From: a virus
Taxonomy: Duplodnaviria > Caudoviricetes
Length of the DNA: 64,000 nucleotides
IMG/VR virus record: IMGVR_UViG_3300031564_000194
Location: 3,114-67,113 of that record
Reading direction: 5' to 3' (one strand)
Shown here: one piece after another, positions 29,321 through 39,333 of the stretch
Layout: each line of letters begins with the position of its first letter
Numbering within the stretch: position 1 is the stretch's first letter
Program-made: the position numbers and the translations under genes
The notes under the pieces: generated by a model
Database searches by the model: none
Told to the model about the DNA's origin: nothing
Seen by the model: only the letters and a program-made list of their open reading frames with translations

Positions 29321-31657
29321 TCATGAGCGTTTTGGAATCAACACCTGATAGCTAGAACCGTTCGTCACCACCAGTGCTGACTTGAGTTTTTCCCCAACAG
29401 TCAGCAGTTCGTTATACCCCTGGAAGTAATTTGAGCTTGCTGGAATTTCATAGGCGTTTTGAGCCATGGTCATGAATGCCCCGCCTTTTCCACACACCTC
29501 TTCCATAGGTACGATCACTGACCACACCTTATCGTCAGTCATCTTGTAAAAGATCGAAGGGGGTACAGTGGATAAACCGTCAATGTTCCCACCGTTAAAA
29601 TTCCAATAACCTCGGTAGGAAGTGATGTAAGACTGGCTAACTAGCACGACACTACCTTCGAGGTAATCAACAACGTACCTCCGTGCAGAACCGTTATTGC
29701 TCCAGCAAATCAAGATACCTTCAGACTCAAAAGCAACGTAGTCATAGGTTCCAAGCTGCAACGTCTTTGACGAATCATATCTACTGACTACTTCTATCTT
29801 CCCACCTGTGACTTTGTATGCGATGTAGTTATCAGACACAGCAATCGTGTAGAGAGAAACGCTGCTCGGACTGTTAAATAGCACCTTATTCGCCACAAAG
29901 TCGTAAGCCACACTGTCGGTAACGATGAAGCGGCATTCACCTAACTTCTCGTTCGCCGCCAACCACGAATCGCCCAGCTTGGGGATGATGCTGGAAGTCC
30001 AAAAAGTACCCAATAGACTTGATCCAACCAAACCGGGAACTTCCGAACCATCACGCTTCCAATTGACGGTGTTGGAAGTTGTCGGAATCTCGATCTTGGG
30101 CTGCACGTAGTTTTTCGGCCACCACTTAACCTCTTCGTATGGATTAAGGTGCATATTGGCTAAGCCGACGACAACCTTCTGTTCGTGAGTTTCACAATCA
30201 ATAAGCAGATAGGTTTGGTTTGCTGCTGGTACACCGCTAACAGGAAATGCAACCAACATCCTCCCGTATGCAACCTTGTACATGCCGCGATAAATAATTG
30301 GGGTGATGGGTGATACAACAACACCTTCGATTTCAAGATAACTGATCACCTGCGACAAATTGTCGTATCTGTAAAAAACTCCGTACAAACCATCTACAGT
30401 CGCTGAGGATGTTTTTCCAGAGGTGTCAGTGTGATCGAAGGTAGAAAGAAGGTTATCCGCAGTACGGGAATATGCGACCAGGGTGTATTTACCACTCGAA
30501 TAAGCACCATTCCCGTAAGTTGTAGGGACACCATATTGTGTTGTTGCAGCGTTAGGTCTTACCCCTAAATAAGTAAGCGGTGTCACCTGACTTGATTTAG
30601 GGATGCCTGGATACATAACACCCGACAGATGAACTTCCCAAACATTCGTCTTGTAGTTGAATCGGTAAATCTTCCGTTGAATGCTCTGGTAAACAGGACA
30701 AGGTAGTCCCGTAATCGGGTAATTAGACCCCGTGTAGTTCGGTGGGCCTGCAAAACTGCTGTCCGTGTTTAGAAAGTCAGCACTCGTTGTGGCCTCTTGA
30801 CCAAGTGTGTCGACCATTACGCAACCGACACCGCTTGTGTCCACTTGAATACAGGGAACCGTTGTATTCAAAGCGTTGTAAAAAACTACTGTGCCGTATG
30901 GGAGGATGCAAGACGGTGTGCAATATGCCGTATTCGACCTCGCCACTTCCACCCATTTTGTGCCATCAGCTGAAGGTGCGACGAAACATTGTTCAAAACC
31001 AATATCTGTCGAACCTTGCGCATTGAAATTGTGAAATACCAATCCGATGATATTCAGACTACTATCAATCGTTGATTCATTTTGAGAACTTGTGACAAAT
31101 ACTTTACCTTTTACACTGAAGACTGCATATACCCTGTCAGCAGTCGTTAACCCGACAGGCGGAGTAACAACGGTATTCCACGTTTGGAACAGCTTGCTTA
31201 CCTCCCATTTATTTGAATCCGGGTTGTAGCGATAAAGATCACCCTGCACGCTGTACCCGAGATTCTTATTCACAAAGTAAATCCCAGGTGGAAATGTGTC
31301 ATACGCATTCAAAGGGCGATTTGTCTCCGGGTCTAGCACTCGACCAGAAAAACTTCCATCCTCATTGATGACACTCATCACCGTTTTATTCACCCCAGGT
31401 AGGAAGATGACCCCTCCGCGTACCAAACCAAGTTGAGACCCCAGCGTCCCAGTGTTCAACGGCCCTTCGGAATCCATCAGCACCTGATACGAGTTGCTTT
31501 GCACCTCGACCTTGTTGTCCTTCGGATCGACACGGAGCATTACGTCCGCTGCACCACCCATCGAAGCGACGTACTTCTTCTTCTTTTTCAAGAAGGCCAC
31601 TCCCAACCCAAGAGCACTAGCTGTAAGGCGATTGATGTTCCCGCTGATGATCTTCAT
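29321..31657 (-). CDS. large AT-rich hypothetical protein, beta-propeller/adhesin-like, 778 aa
   Basis: Start reassigned to ATG 31657, overlapping the terL stop (ATGA); Tyr/Ser/Val-rich. Confidence 0.65.
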   Translation of the reverse strand: MKIISGNINRLTASALGLGVAFLKKKKKYVASMGGAADVMLRVDPKDNKVEVQSNSYQVLMDSEGPLNTGTLGSQLGLVRGGVIFLPGVNKTVMSVINEDGSFSGRVLDPETNRPLNAYDTFPPGIYFVNKNLGYSVQGDLYRYNPDSNKWEVSKLFQTWNTVVTPPVGLTTADRVYAVFSVKGKVFVTSSQNESTIDSSLNIIGLVFHNFNAQGSTDIGFEQCFVAPSADGTKWVEVARSNTAYCTPSCILPYGTVVFYNALNTTVPCIQVDTSGVGCVMVDTLGQEATTSADFLNTDSSFAGPPNYTGSNYPITGLPCPVYQSIQRKIYRFNYKTNVWEVHLSGVMYPGIPKSSQVTPLTYLGVRPNAATTQYGVPTTYGNGAYSSGKYTLVAYSRTADNLLSTFDHTDTSGKTSSATVDGLYGVFYRYDNLSQVISYLEIEGVVVSPITPIIYRGMYKVAYGRMLVAFPVSGVPAANQTYLLIDCETHEQKVVVGLANMHLNPYEEVKWWPKNYVQPKIEIPTTSNTVNWKRDGSEVPGLVGSSLLGTFWTSSIIPKLGDSWLAANEKLGECRFIVTDSVAYDFVANKVLFNSPSSVSLYTIAVSDNYIAYKVTGGKIEVVSRYDSSKTLQLGTYDYVAFESEGILICWSNNGSARRYVVDYLEGSVVLVSQSYITSYRGYWNFNGGNIDGLSTVPPSIFYKMTDDKVWSVIVPMEEVCGKGGAFMTMAQNAYEIPASSNYFQGYNELLTVGEKLKSALVVTNGSSYQVLIPKRS

Positions 31658-33501
31658 GCTGCCATGTGGCTCGCGCCACGTCCTCCAGTGATGGATAACT
31701 TGTCCTTCCAACTCTTCGTCCTGGGCGTCCTGTCGGGCAGACGAGGTGGTGTCTGACCAAGGGTCAAGCGCACCGTCCATGCCAGGGAGTCGATCTGGTC
31801 GTCGTGCTTACCAGCTGGGAACCGGGTCATTTCGTTGAAGAGGTTCGTGAACCAGGGTTCGTTCTTGCCAAAGAACACCTTCCCTGCTTGCATACGACCC
31901 CGCAGAGGATGGGCACGCACCATCTTGTCAGTCAGAGGTTTCAGGACTTCGTAGCTGGGGTAGTAGTGAAGCTCTGCGCAGCGCTTGGTGAACTGGGACT
32001 CCATCGTCTTCCAGATTTGCCCATCTTCGAACCCAAGCAAGTCAGCGCCGTACTCACGGGCATAGTCGAGCATGGTGTCCACGATGTACCCGGAGTCCGA
32101 TGATCGGAAGCGCCGCACGTCCACCACGTAGAGGTTGTCGTAGCTGTCCTGCCAGATCGTCGAACCCACCGTGTAGTCGCTTTCCTTGTCCTCGGTGATA
32201 GCGAAGTCCCATGCCTGATAGACCCGGCACTGCTCACGCGGTGGCAGGCTTGGGTAGTACTGAAACATCTCTTTGGTGAAGAACAGACCGTCGTCAGGAA
32301 TAGGGTTCTGCTGGTACAGGGCCTGCCATACCCGCTTCTGCCCGGTAGCGATCAGATTGCGCTTGATGCGCAGCATCGCCTCGGTGTCGTACCGTGCTGG
32401 GTGAATCGCCGTCATGTACGGGCGAGTTAGCACGGCGTCCTCGGGTACTTCTTGACCCAGAGGAATCTGGACGATGGGTCGCCCAGGCATCTTCTCAAGG
32501 ATGTACTCGTTGCCATCCTCGTTGATGGCCGGGTACTTCACGATCTCGAAGACATCCCCTTCGCCGGTAGCCATCACCGCTTGAATCTGACCGGCCCAGT
32601 CCGCTTCTGACCACCATGTCATGATGCCAAGCACCCCACCGCCAGGAGCCAGTCGGGTGTAGGCCGTAGAGCCGTACCACTCCCAGGTGTTGCCGGTGAT
32701 CGTGGGTGAGTCCGCCGCCTCGATGTCCTTTACCAAGTCATCGAGCAGGAGGATGTGTGCGCCGCGACCAGTAATACCTGTACCAACACCAGCAGCAAGG
32801 TAGCCACCGCCAGCAGTAAGGTTCCAGTTCTCAACCGACTGGGACTGCGGATCAAGTCTCGTGTCGGTGAACACAGCGTGGTAAGCAGGGTCACGAAGAA
32901 GATCACGGATGTACCTCGAAAAAGAAAGTGTCAGAGAACTGGTGTGGCTGGCCGCGATGATTTCCCAATCGGGATGGCGACCCAAGGCCCAAGGGGCGAA
33001 GTGGCGAGAGCCAATCTCAGACTTGCCGAACCGTGGTGGGCACATGATCAGCATCCGTGGCGACTCACCTCGCTCCACCGCTTCAATGAATCGTTCCAGG
33101 CGCTTGCAGATGTCCTCATGTGCCCAGCCAGCCGTGTACTTGGGACGAAAGCGTTTGATGAATGGCATCAGGCGACGACGGCATAGTTGGCGCATCGCCA
33201 ACTCCTGTTGCGGGTGCTTCTCTGCCTGAACCTTGTCGAAACTCGGTGCTTCATACGGCTGAGCCAGCACTTCGTCTGAAAGACTGTCTGACGGAGAGCG
33301 TGAGAGTGTTGGACGCACCTCTTCCTGTTTGGCTGGTGCGACTTTGACCGCCGTGCTTCGTTTTTGCCGCGTCTTCTTTGGTGGCGGATCAGCTGGTGCC
33401 GGTTTGTCATGGCAGAAAGGGCAGACTCCCTGGACATCCAACGTCTTGATGTCTCGACTAGCCCCGCAGCGGGTGCATTCCTTGTATTGAATCTTCTTCA
33501 T
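31654..33501 (-). CDS. terL: terminase large subunit, 615 aa
   Basis: Walker A CPPRFGKSE, Walker B LLLDDLVKD, nuclease AWDFA and HDDQIDSL. Confidence 0.95.
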   Translation of the reverse strand: MKKIQYKECTRCGASRDIKTLDVQGVCPFCHDKPAPADPPPKKTRQKRSTAVKVAPAKQEEVRPTLSRSPSDSLSDEVLAQPYEAPSFDKVQAEKHPQQELAMRQLCRRRLMPFIKRFRPKYTAGWAHEDICKRLERFIEAVERGESPRMLIMCPPRFGKSEIGSRHFAPWALGRHPDWEIIAASHTSSLTLSFSRYIRDLLRDPAYHAVFTDTRLDPQSQSVENWNLTAGGGYLAAGVGTGITGRGAHILLLDDLVKDIEAADSPTITGNTWEWYGSTAYTRLAPGGGVLGIMTWWSEADWAGQIQAVMATGEGDVFEIVKYPAINEDGNEYILEKMPGRPIVQIPLGQEVPEDAVLTRPYMTAIHPARYDTEAMLRIKRNLIATGQKRVWQALYQQNPIPDDGLFFTKEMFQYYPSLPPREQCRVYQAWDFAITEDKESDYTVGSTIWQDSYDNLYVVDVRRFRSSDSGYIVDTMLDYAREYGADLLGFEDGQIWKTMESQFTKRCAELHYYPSYEVLKPLTDKMVRAHPLRGRMQAGKVFFGKNEPWFTNLFNEMTRFPAGKHDDQIDSLAWTVRLTLGQTPPRLPDRTPRTKSWKDKLSITGGRGASHMAA

Positions 33502-33974
33502 GACACCCTCTTGAACTCGCCTTCAACAACCAGCGCCTTGCCTTCAGCGATCTCCAGCAGCTGCTCATCAGTCATGACTTCGAACTTGCGCTGCAGCTTG
33601 GCCTGATCACTGCTGACCTGCAGCTTGATCACTTCAGGTTCGTAGAAGCCCAGCATTTTCCCGATCTCGCGTGCTGCTCCGATCATGGATGCCGGTTCCG
33701 CAGCCAGTTTTGCCATGTCGTAAGCCTCGGTGAGCATTTCAAGCACGTCCGCTCGTTTGATCTGCGTTGCACTCGATAACTCTGACCGAGCATGTAAGAG
33801 TGCTGCACGAACGTCGTCGCTTTTTTCCACTACTCCAGAAGCCCCAGGTTTGTAGCCAGCGATCTTTGCTGCTTGGGTTTTGCTTGCCCCGTCCATCCTG
33901 GCTTCGACATAGACATCTTGCTTCTCTGTGAGCACTGATTTCGCTCTGGACTTGTTGGGTGATGCTTTTGGCAT
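33498..33974 (-). CDS. terS: terminase small subunit, 158 aa
   Basis: LTEKQDVYV...AAKIAGY HTH; overlaps the terL start. Confidence 0.85.
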   Translation of the reverse strand: MPKASPNKSRAKSVLTEKQDVYVEARMDGASKTQAAKIAGYKPGASGVVEKSDDVRAALLHARSELSSATQIKRADVLEMLTEAYDMAKLAAEPASMIGAAREIGKMLGFYEPEVIKLQVSSDQAKLQRKFEVMTDEQLLEIAEGKALVVEGEFKRVS

Positions 33975-34269
33975 GTGGTTTCCCCGAAAAATTTTGAAAA
34001 ATTATGGGCTGTTTCGTGAAAGTCCACAAGGGGTGGGGTACTTCGGAACGGAATACCTCGGACTACGCACTTGGCATATAGAGCTACGAAACTTCGCAGA
34101 ATTTATACGGCGTAGTGCCCTCCCCTACCTCGTGCTTAGCACCACCCCACTTCGGATTCGGATTTCCGTTCCAGAAACTTAGGAGTCCCTTTTACGCTTC
34201 GCAAGCTCAGCGTTTCGATTCCGGGTTGTGTAGTTCTTACCTTTCACATCTATCTCAAGGAGATTCACC

Positions 34270-34473
34270 ATGGCTACCAAGTCCACCAATACAAACGTCG
34301 ATCCCATCGCTGACTACCGCGCCAAGGCTGCTGCCCTTCGTGCTCAGTCCGCACCAGCCAAGGCACCGTCCACCTTTGCTGTCACCGTAGGTCGCAACCT
34401 CGCCGCATCGCGCAACTTCTTCAGCATCGTGAAGGATGTGTACGACGTAGAGCGTGCACCGTTCGTCAGCTAA
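34270..34473 (+). CDS. early hypothetical protein, 67 aa
   Basis: SD AAGGAG; first gene of the plus-strand arm. Confidence 0.6.
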   Translation: MATKSTNTNVDPIADYRAKAAALRAQSAPAKAPSTFAVTVGRNLAASRNFFSIVKDVYDVERAPFVS

Positions 34474-34518
34474 CAGCGGAGGGCTTCGGCCCTCTGTCCC
34501 TCTTTCAAGGAGCCACGT

Positions 34519-34755
34519 ATGGGGATAGCCCACATTGACATGATGCCGTTGTTCTACGGCCTGATCATGTTCCTTGGTGTTTGGAGCATGTATCACAAGG
34601 TCATCAACGGTAAGTATTTCGCCTTCGCCATCGAATGTGGTGTCTTTGTGCTGGTCTTCACACTGCACGGAGGCAGCATGAACGGTGGCTTCGCAGCCAT
34701 GATCTGCGCACTAATCGCGGGGGCGGTACTCCCTCGCATGAGGAGAAAACCATGA
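34519..34755 (+). CDS. small membrane protein, 78 aa
   Basis: SD AAGGAG; three hydrophobic segments. Confidence 0.6.
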   Translation: MGIAHIDMMPLFYGLIMFLGVWSMYHKVINGKYFAFAIECGVFVLVFTLHGGSMNGGFAAMICALIAGAVLPRMRRKP

Positions 34756-34964
34756 CTCGACTCACCAAGGTTGAACTGTTGCAGAAGAACCAACTGCTCA
34801 GTGCGGAGAACTACGATCTGCGCAAGCAGTTGTTTGAAGCCACTGGGTTGCTCGAAGCACTACGTGCGAGCAACCAGATGCCGCAGGACAAATACCCGTT
34901 GGTTGATGGCCGTGGCCGTCACTACCGACTGGAAGGCCGGATTCGTTGTTATCCGGCGAACTGA
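34752..34964 (+). CDS. hypothetical protein, 70 aa (MTRLTKVELL...)
   Basis: SD AGGAG; ATG 34752. Confidence 0.55.
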   Translation: MTRLTKVELLQKNQLLSAENYDLRKQLFEATGLLEALRASNQMPQDKYPLVDGRGRHYRLEGRIRCYPAN

Positions 34965-35205
34965 AATTGCCACACTTGGCAGAGGACTAGCGACCTCCTC
35001 TGCCTGCTGGCGACTCGCCCGTTCAGCGAGTGATAAAGCAATTGAACCGAGCGCCTTTATGAATGGGGCAATGGTAAGCCTGCTCGAAGGACACCTCATC
35101 GGACTGGTAGCCGCCAGTCGCCGGAGAACGTAACCGGCCACACGCAGGGCTAAGCCCTGCGTATCGAATTCGTCTTGTGTAGTCATCTCAACCAAGGAGT
35201 TACAC

Positions 35206-35343
35206 ATGAACGAAGACATCGCTGATTTCAGCACGAACCCTGAACTTGCCCTCTTGCGTGCCGAGGGCGAAGACGACGAAGCGGACATCGCTGAATCGTT
35301 CTGGCTGGCTGGCAACGCACTAACTTCTACATCTACGCACTAA
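35206..35343 (+). CDS. small acidic protein, 45 aa
   Basis: Read by hand; SD AAGGAG; MNEDIADFSTNPELALLRAEGEDDEADIAESFWLAGNALTSTSTH. Confidence 0.55.
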   Translation: MNEDIADFSTNPELALLRAEGEDDEADIAESFWLAGNALTSTSTH

Positions 35344-35356
35344 AAGGAGAATCACC

Positions 35357-36163
35357 ATGGCTTTCAACATTCACTTCGACCTTCCCGAAACTATCAACAA
35401 CATGCCTCTGGCAATCCGCCGCGAAGCCCTCTTCGCTGTCGTCGGTTCGATCAATGCTACGTTGATCAATGCCGCCGACAGCGTTGTTCGCAACATGATC
35501 CGTGACGGCTACGACTTCAAGGACATCAGCGTTGCTGAGTTCGACAAGTTGTTGGCTGGCCCTGACGGTGACAACGCACTGCTCGAAGAGAACCGTGCAC
35601 TCAGCACTTTGGGCGACACACTGCGCGGCATGCTGCGTATGGCAACTGAAACTCCGGGCGTTGAGACCGCCCAGGAGATCGACCGGGCTGGCAGCATCTA
35701 CGGTACGCTGAAGATGATGACCGGCACGCAGCGCAAGCGTATGGTCAACGTCGGTGCCGCTGACATGCTCAAGGCACTGGACATCGAACTGTCGGAAGAA
35801 CAGATCGAACTGGCCGTGAAGCAACAGCACTCGCTGGATCAGGCCATGGCCGATGCACGTAGCACTCGGCGTGGCGAGATCGAGTTCGTACTGGACAAGG
35901 TGTTCCACAACGCCAACGCCACAGAGGACGACGACTGCTGGAACGATCTCTCTGCACAACGCAAGGAGATGCTGACCGCCAAGATGTTCAGCGCACTCAA
36001 CGCTGCACAGAACAAGGCCGTGCAGAACGTGCTGTTCGGACGCAGTGGCGACGGACTCGGTGCCGGTGACATTCCCATCCTGCGCGACATGATCGTCACG
36101 CTGAACAAGGAGTGCTACCCGAGCCTACGTCGTGTCGAGTCCACTGAAACTCAACCGGCATAA
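35357..36163 (+). CDS. hypothetical protein, 268 aa
   Basis: ORF track; SD AAGGAG; phage-typical codons. Confidence 0.7.
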   Translation: MAFNIHFDLPETINNMPLAIRREALFAVVGSINATLINAADSVVRNMIRDGYDFKDISVAEFDKLLAGPDGDNALLEENRALSTLGDTLRGMLRMATETPGVETAQEIDRAGSIYGTLKMMTGTQRKRMVNVGAADMLKALDIELSEEQIELAVKQQHSLDQAMADARSTRRGEIEFVLDKVFHNANATEDDDCWNDLSAQRKEMLTAKMFSALNAAQNKAVQNVLFGRSGDGLGAGDIPILRDMIVTLNKECYPSLRRVESTETQPA

Positions 36164-36174
36164 CCCATCACGTC

Positions 36175-36200
36175 GCACTACGCTCTTCGGAGCGTGGTGC
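36175..36200 (+). terminator. hairpin / possible terminator
   Basis: GCACTACGCTC-TTCG-GAGCGTGGTGC just after the stop; weak U tract. Confidence 0.45.
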
Positions 36201-36277
36201 TTCGTCGCGGCCAACGTGAAACTATGGGGCTGACACCAACGACGGAGTATGACGAAAGCAAGGATGTTCCACGGAGC

Positions 36278-36543
36278 CTTACATTCTTACGATCTGGGTT
36301 CTACTCACCTATACAGAAAGTTGTTTAGGACTTTTTGTTTATTCTTATTCTCTCTAATAATAAATTGTAAGATTGTAAGATCGTAAGGAAGGCTTGGTTA
36401 AGCCATAAAATCCTTACAAACTTACAATCCGTCCTCAGTCCTAAGCCCATAGCGCCTCATCCCTCGTACCTCGTACCGGGGACGACGCAGGCAAGCACTG
36501 CCAAAACACCCAAAACTTTGTAAGTTGTAAGGAGTTTTGTAAG
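36278..36543. repeat. putative replication origin with TGTAAG/CTTACA iterons and an AT-rich segment
   Basis: Eight exact copies (36278, 36366, 36374, 36413, 36421, 36519, 36526, 36538) plus two CGTAAG/CTTACG variants, in both orientations; AT-rich 36330-36365; immediately upstream of the primase-helicase. Confidence 0.7.
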
Positions 36544-36649
36544 GGCCATTTTTGCCGTGAAACAAAATCTTTTGGCATAGTAACTTGCGCTCTTTCACAC
36601 TCTGTTAGAGACTGATCGGTCTCCGCTGAAACAACCAATAAGAAGGTCA

Positions 36650-38998
36650 ATGATGATCAAGCTATTCTTCCTGAGTGCAAAGCAGCCACTCACCAAGACA
36701 ATCGCCAAAGTGGGAGGCAAGATTGTTAAGTCCTCCTACCCCAACGTAGCCAACTTCACATCAGAAGAAGTCAAGATCAAATCACTGCGTGAATTCCACG
36801 CCGCCCTGGTACAACGGGCCTTATCTGATAGCAAGCCGTGCTTGATCAAAGGGATCATCAGTCGTGACTTGAACGATGAATCAAGAAAAGGAGCAACAAG
36901 CACCAACACAGCAACATCATGGCTCTGCCTAGACCTAGACGACGCACCCTTCAGCAATGCTGATGAGTTCATGAACACCATTGGTCTGGGCGACGTGTCT
37001 TACATCTGGCAAGCCAGTTCCAGCTATGGGCTGGAAAAGAAAAAGGAACTCAGCGGCCACATCTTCGTCACCTTGAACCACCCTATCGCTGCTCCGCAGC
37101 TGAAGGCTTGGCTCATGGGACTCAACTTCAGCATCCCTGTCCTCGAATCCTCCATCCGTCTGACCAATAGTGAGTCCTGGGTCTCATACCCACTGGATGT
37201 CACCACCTGTCAGAACGACAAGCTGCTCTATGTGGCTGAGCCAATCTTCAAGAACATGGCCTCGCCCATTCCAGCCAAAGAACGAATCCAATATGTGGCT
37301 CGTGCTAAACCCGAGGTAGACATCAGCAGGCTGGAAATCCCCAGCATGGACAAGCTGAAGAAGCAGGCCATGGAAAAGCGCAATGCGCTACGGACTGCAG
37401 CTGGTCTGCCAGCAATGAAAGGTAAAACAAAACAAGTTGGAGAGTACGAAGTCCTGAGTGGTGTCGGTGAGGTATCCAAATATGAATGCTATGACTGCGG
37501 TGATTACTATCGTTACAACCTTAATGGTGGCGATAGCCAAGCCTATTGGCACCCTAAGTCAGACTTCACCTATCTACACTCCTTCAAAGGTGAGCCATCT
37601 GTACTGCTCAAGGAAATTCTTCCTGCCCGTTACGCGGAACTTACTGCCTCTACTTCCGCTGGACTGCAAACTCCATCAACCAACGGAGATCAAGTGCTTG
37701 CCTTCCGCGAAAAACGCACAGCGGAATACTGGAAGGGTCTGTGGAACGAGGAAAAGCACTCGCTGGAAATCTTCAAGGTCAATAGCGAGACTCAACTCCA
37801 ACACTTCCTCATGGGTCATGGGTTAAACCCCCTACCCTACGTCCCTGAATGGGAAATGATCTTCGACCCACATGCTGGGTACGTCATTGATGAAGACAAC
37901 CACATCGTCAATACGTTTGTGCCTACGCCGCTGATGCGTGTGGAAGGCACAACCAAAGGCAAGTTCCCCATCATCCAACGTCTGTTGGACAGCGCTGTAG
38001 GCACCGGAGCCATTCAAGAACACTTCCTCAACTGGCTGGCCTGCATCATCCAGCATCGCATCAAGACACAAACCGCCTGGATTCTCCACGGCACTGAAGG
38101 TACGGGGAAAGGCGCACTGATCAACTATGTGATGCGTCCGATCATGGGAGAGTTCGTCAACCAGATCAAAGCCTCAAGCCTGATGAACAACTTCAATGGT
38201 TGGCAAGAACGACGCCTCTTGGTGATGATCGACGAAATCGAAATCGACATCTTCGAGAAGAAGTCCATGGAAGGCGATCTGCGTGACTACATCACCGAGC
38301 CTTGGGACAAGATTCACCGCAAGGGGGTCAACGAATATGCAGTGCCTAGTTTCACCAACTACATCTTCGGCTCCAACAAACCTCAACCAGTTCGTATCCC
38401 CATGGGTGATCGTCGATTCAACGTCGGCCAATATCAACCAGTGCGCTTCAAGACCACCCGCAAGGAAATGGAAGTCGATCTCAAGCTCGAACTACCAGCC
38501 TTTGCTAACTACCTGCTCACACGCAAGGCAGACATCGACAAAGCTGGTGAGATCATGCAGACCGAAGCTCGTGCTGAGATTCAGAAACTCGGTATAACCA
38601 GCACCGATGAAGTAGCCCAGGCCCTGAACGAAGGTGATCTGGACATCCTGTTCAACAGCATGCCCGACATTGACTTCCTCAAACAGGCCAACCTGCTGAA
38701 ACCGGAAGCCGAGGCTTACCACCACTTGATGATCATGTGTCTGAAAGACGCCCTCGACGGCACTGTCACTCAGCTACATCGTGATCAAGTCCAGGCCATC
38801 TTCCAATACGCCTGCGGTATCCGAGCCGACAGCCCGAACAAATTCACCAGCTTCCTTCGCCATCGCGGTGTACGTGTTGAACACATCTGGATCAACAACA
38901 AGACCGTGCGTGGTGTGAAGGTCAAATGGAAAGAAGATCAAGCCAAAGCATTGAAATCCCATCTACCGAAAGAAGCGAAAGTCAGGAGAGTGAAGTGA
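36650..38998 (+). CDS. primase-helicase (N-terminal primase-like domain, C-terminal SF3/D5-type helicase), 782 aa
   Basis: LCLDLDD and SGHIF motifs; Walker A HGTEGTGKG, Walker B LVMIDEI, motif C IFGSN. Confidence 0.85.
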   Translation: MMIKLFFLSAKQPLTKTIAKVGGKIVKSSYPNVANFTSEEVKIKSLREFHAALVQRALSDSKPCLIKGIISRDLNDESRKGATSTNTATSWLCLDLDDAPFSNADEFMNTIGLGDVSYIWQASSSYGLEKKKELSGHIFVTLNHPIAAPQLKAWLMGLNFSIPVLESSIRLTNSESWVSYPLDVTTCQNDKLLYVAEPIFKNMASPIPAKERIQYVARAKPEVDISRLEIPSMDKLKKQAMEKRNALRTAAGLPAMKGKTKQVGEYEVLSGVGEVSKYECYDCGDYYRYNLNGGDSQAYWHPKSDFTYLHSFKGEPSVLLKEILPARYAELTASTSAGLQTPSTNGDQVLAFREKRTAEYWKGLWNEEKHSLEIFKVNSETQLQHFLMGHGLNPLPYVPEWEMIFDPHAGYVIDEDNHIVNTFVPTPLMRVEGTTKGKFPIIQRLLDSAVGTGAIQEHFLNWLACIIQHRIKTQTAWILHGTEGTGKGALINYVMRPIMGEFVNQIKASSLMNNFNGWQERRLLVMIDEIEIDIFEKKSMEGDLRDYITEPWDKIHRKGVNEYAVPSFTNYIFGSNKPQPVRIPMGDRRFNVGQYQPVRFKTTRKEMEVDLKLELPAFANYLLTRKADIDKAGEIMQTEARAEIQKLGITSTDEVAQALNEGDLDILFNSMPDIDFLKQANLLKPEAEAYHHLMIMCLKDALDGTVTQLHRDQVQAIFQYACGIRADSPNKFTSFLRHRGVRVEHIWINNKTVRGVKVKWKEDQAKALKSHLPKEAKVRRVK

Positions 38999-39333
38999 AA
39001 GCAGAAATCAACAAATACGTGAAGGTGGCAGAACTCGTAGCCGACTTCCAAGCCTCAATTCGCAACAACGATGATGAATTTGAACATCTGCCCAGCTACG
39101 CTGAAGTCACGATTGACGGTCATCACCAACGCATCCTGATGGTCACCCGAATGGATGGTGAAGAAGAGTCGATCAATCTGCAAAAGCAAAACGCACAGAT
39201 TATCGAAGCCATCAACGGCTACAAAGAAATGCTCGCACTGCGCAATGTAATGAGCGTGATCCAAGCCAACATCAACGAAATCGAAAGCACTGCTGTGCTC
39301 AAAGCCATCGTCCGTTTCATGGGAGACAAGTGA
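38995..39333 (+). CDS. hypothetical protein, 112 aa
   Basis: GTG overlapping the upstream stop; SD AGGAG. Confidence 0.5.
   Translation: MKAEINKYVKVAELVADFQASIRNNDDEFEHLPSYAEVTIDGHHQRILMVTRMDGEEESINLQKQNAQIIEAINGYKEMLALRNVMSVIQANINEIESTAVLKAIVRFMGDK

Noticed and set aside
31658-31780. N-terminal 41-aa extension of the 819-aa ORF
   Set aside because: It overlaps the terL C-terminus; the ATGA-coupled start at 31657 is more plausible.
33975-34269. Defined genome terminus / pac site at the divergent junction
   Set aside because: Plausible from gene order, but no terminal repeat or clear inverted repeat can be shown from this window; read-coverage data would be needed.
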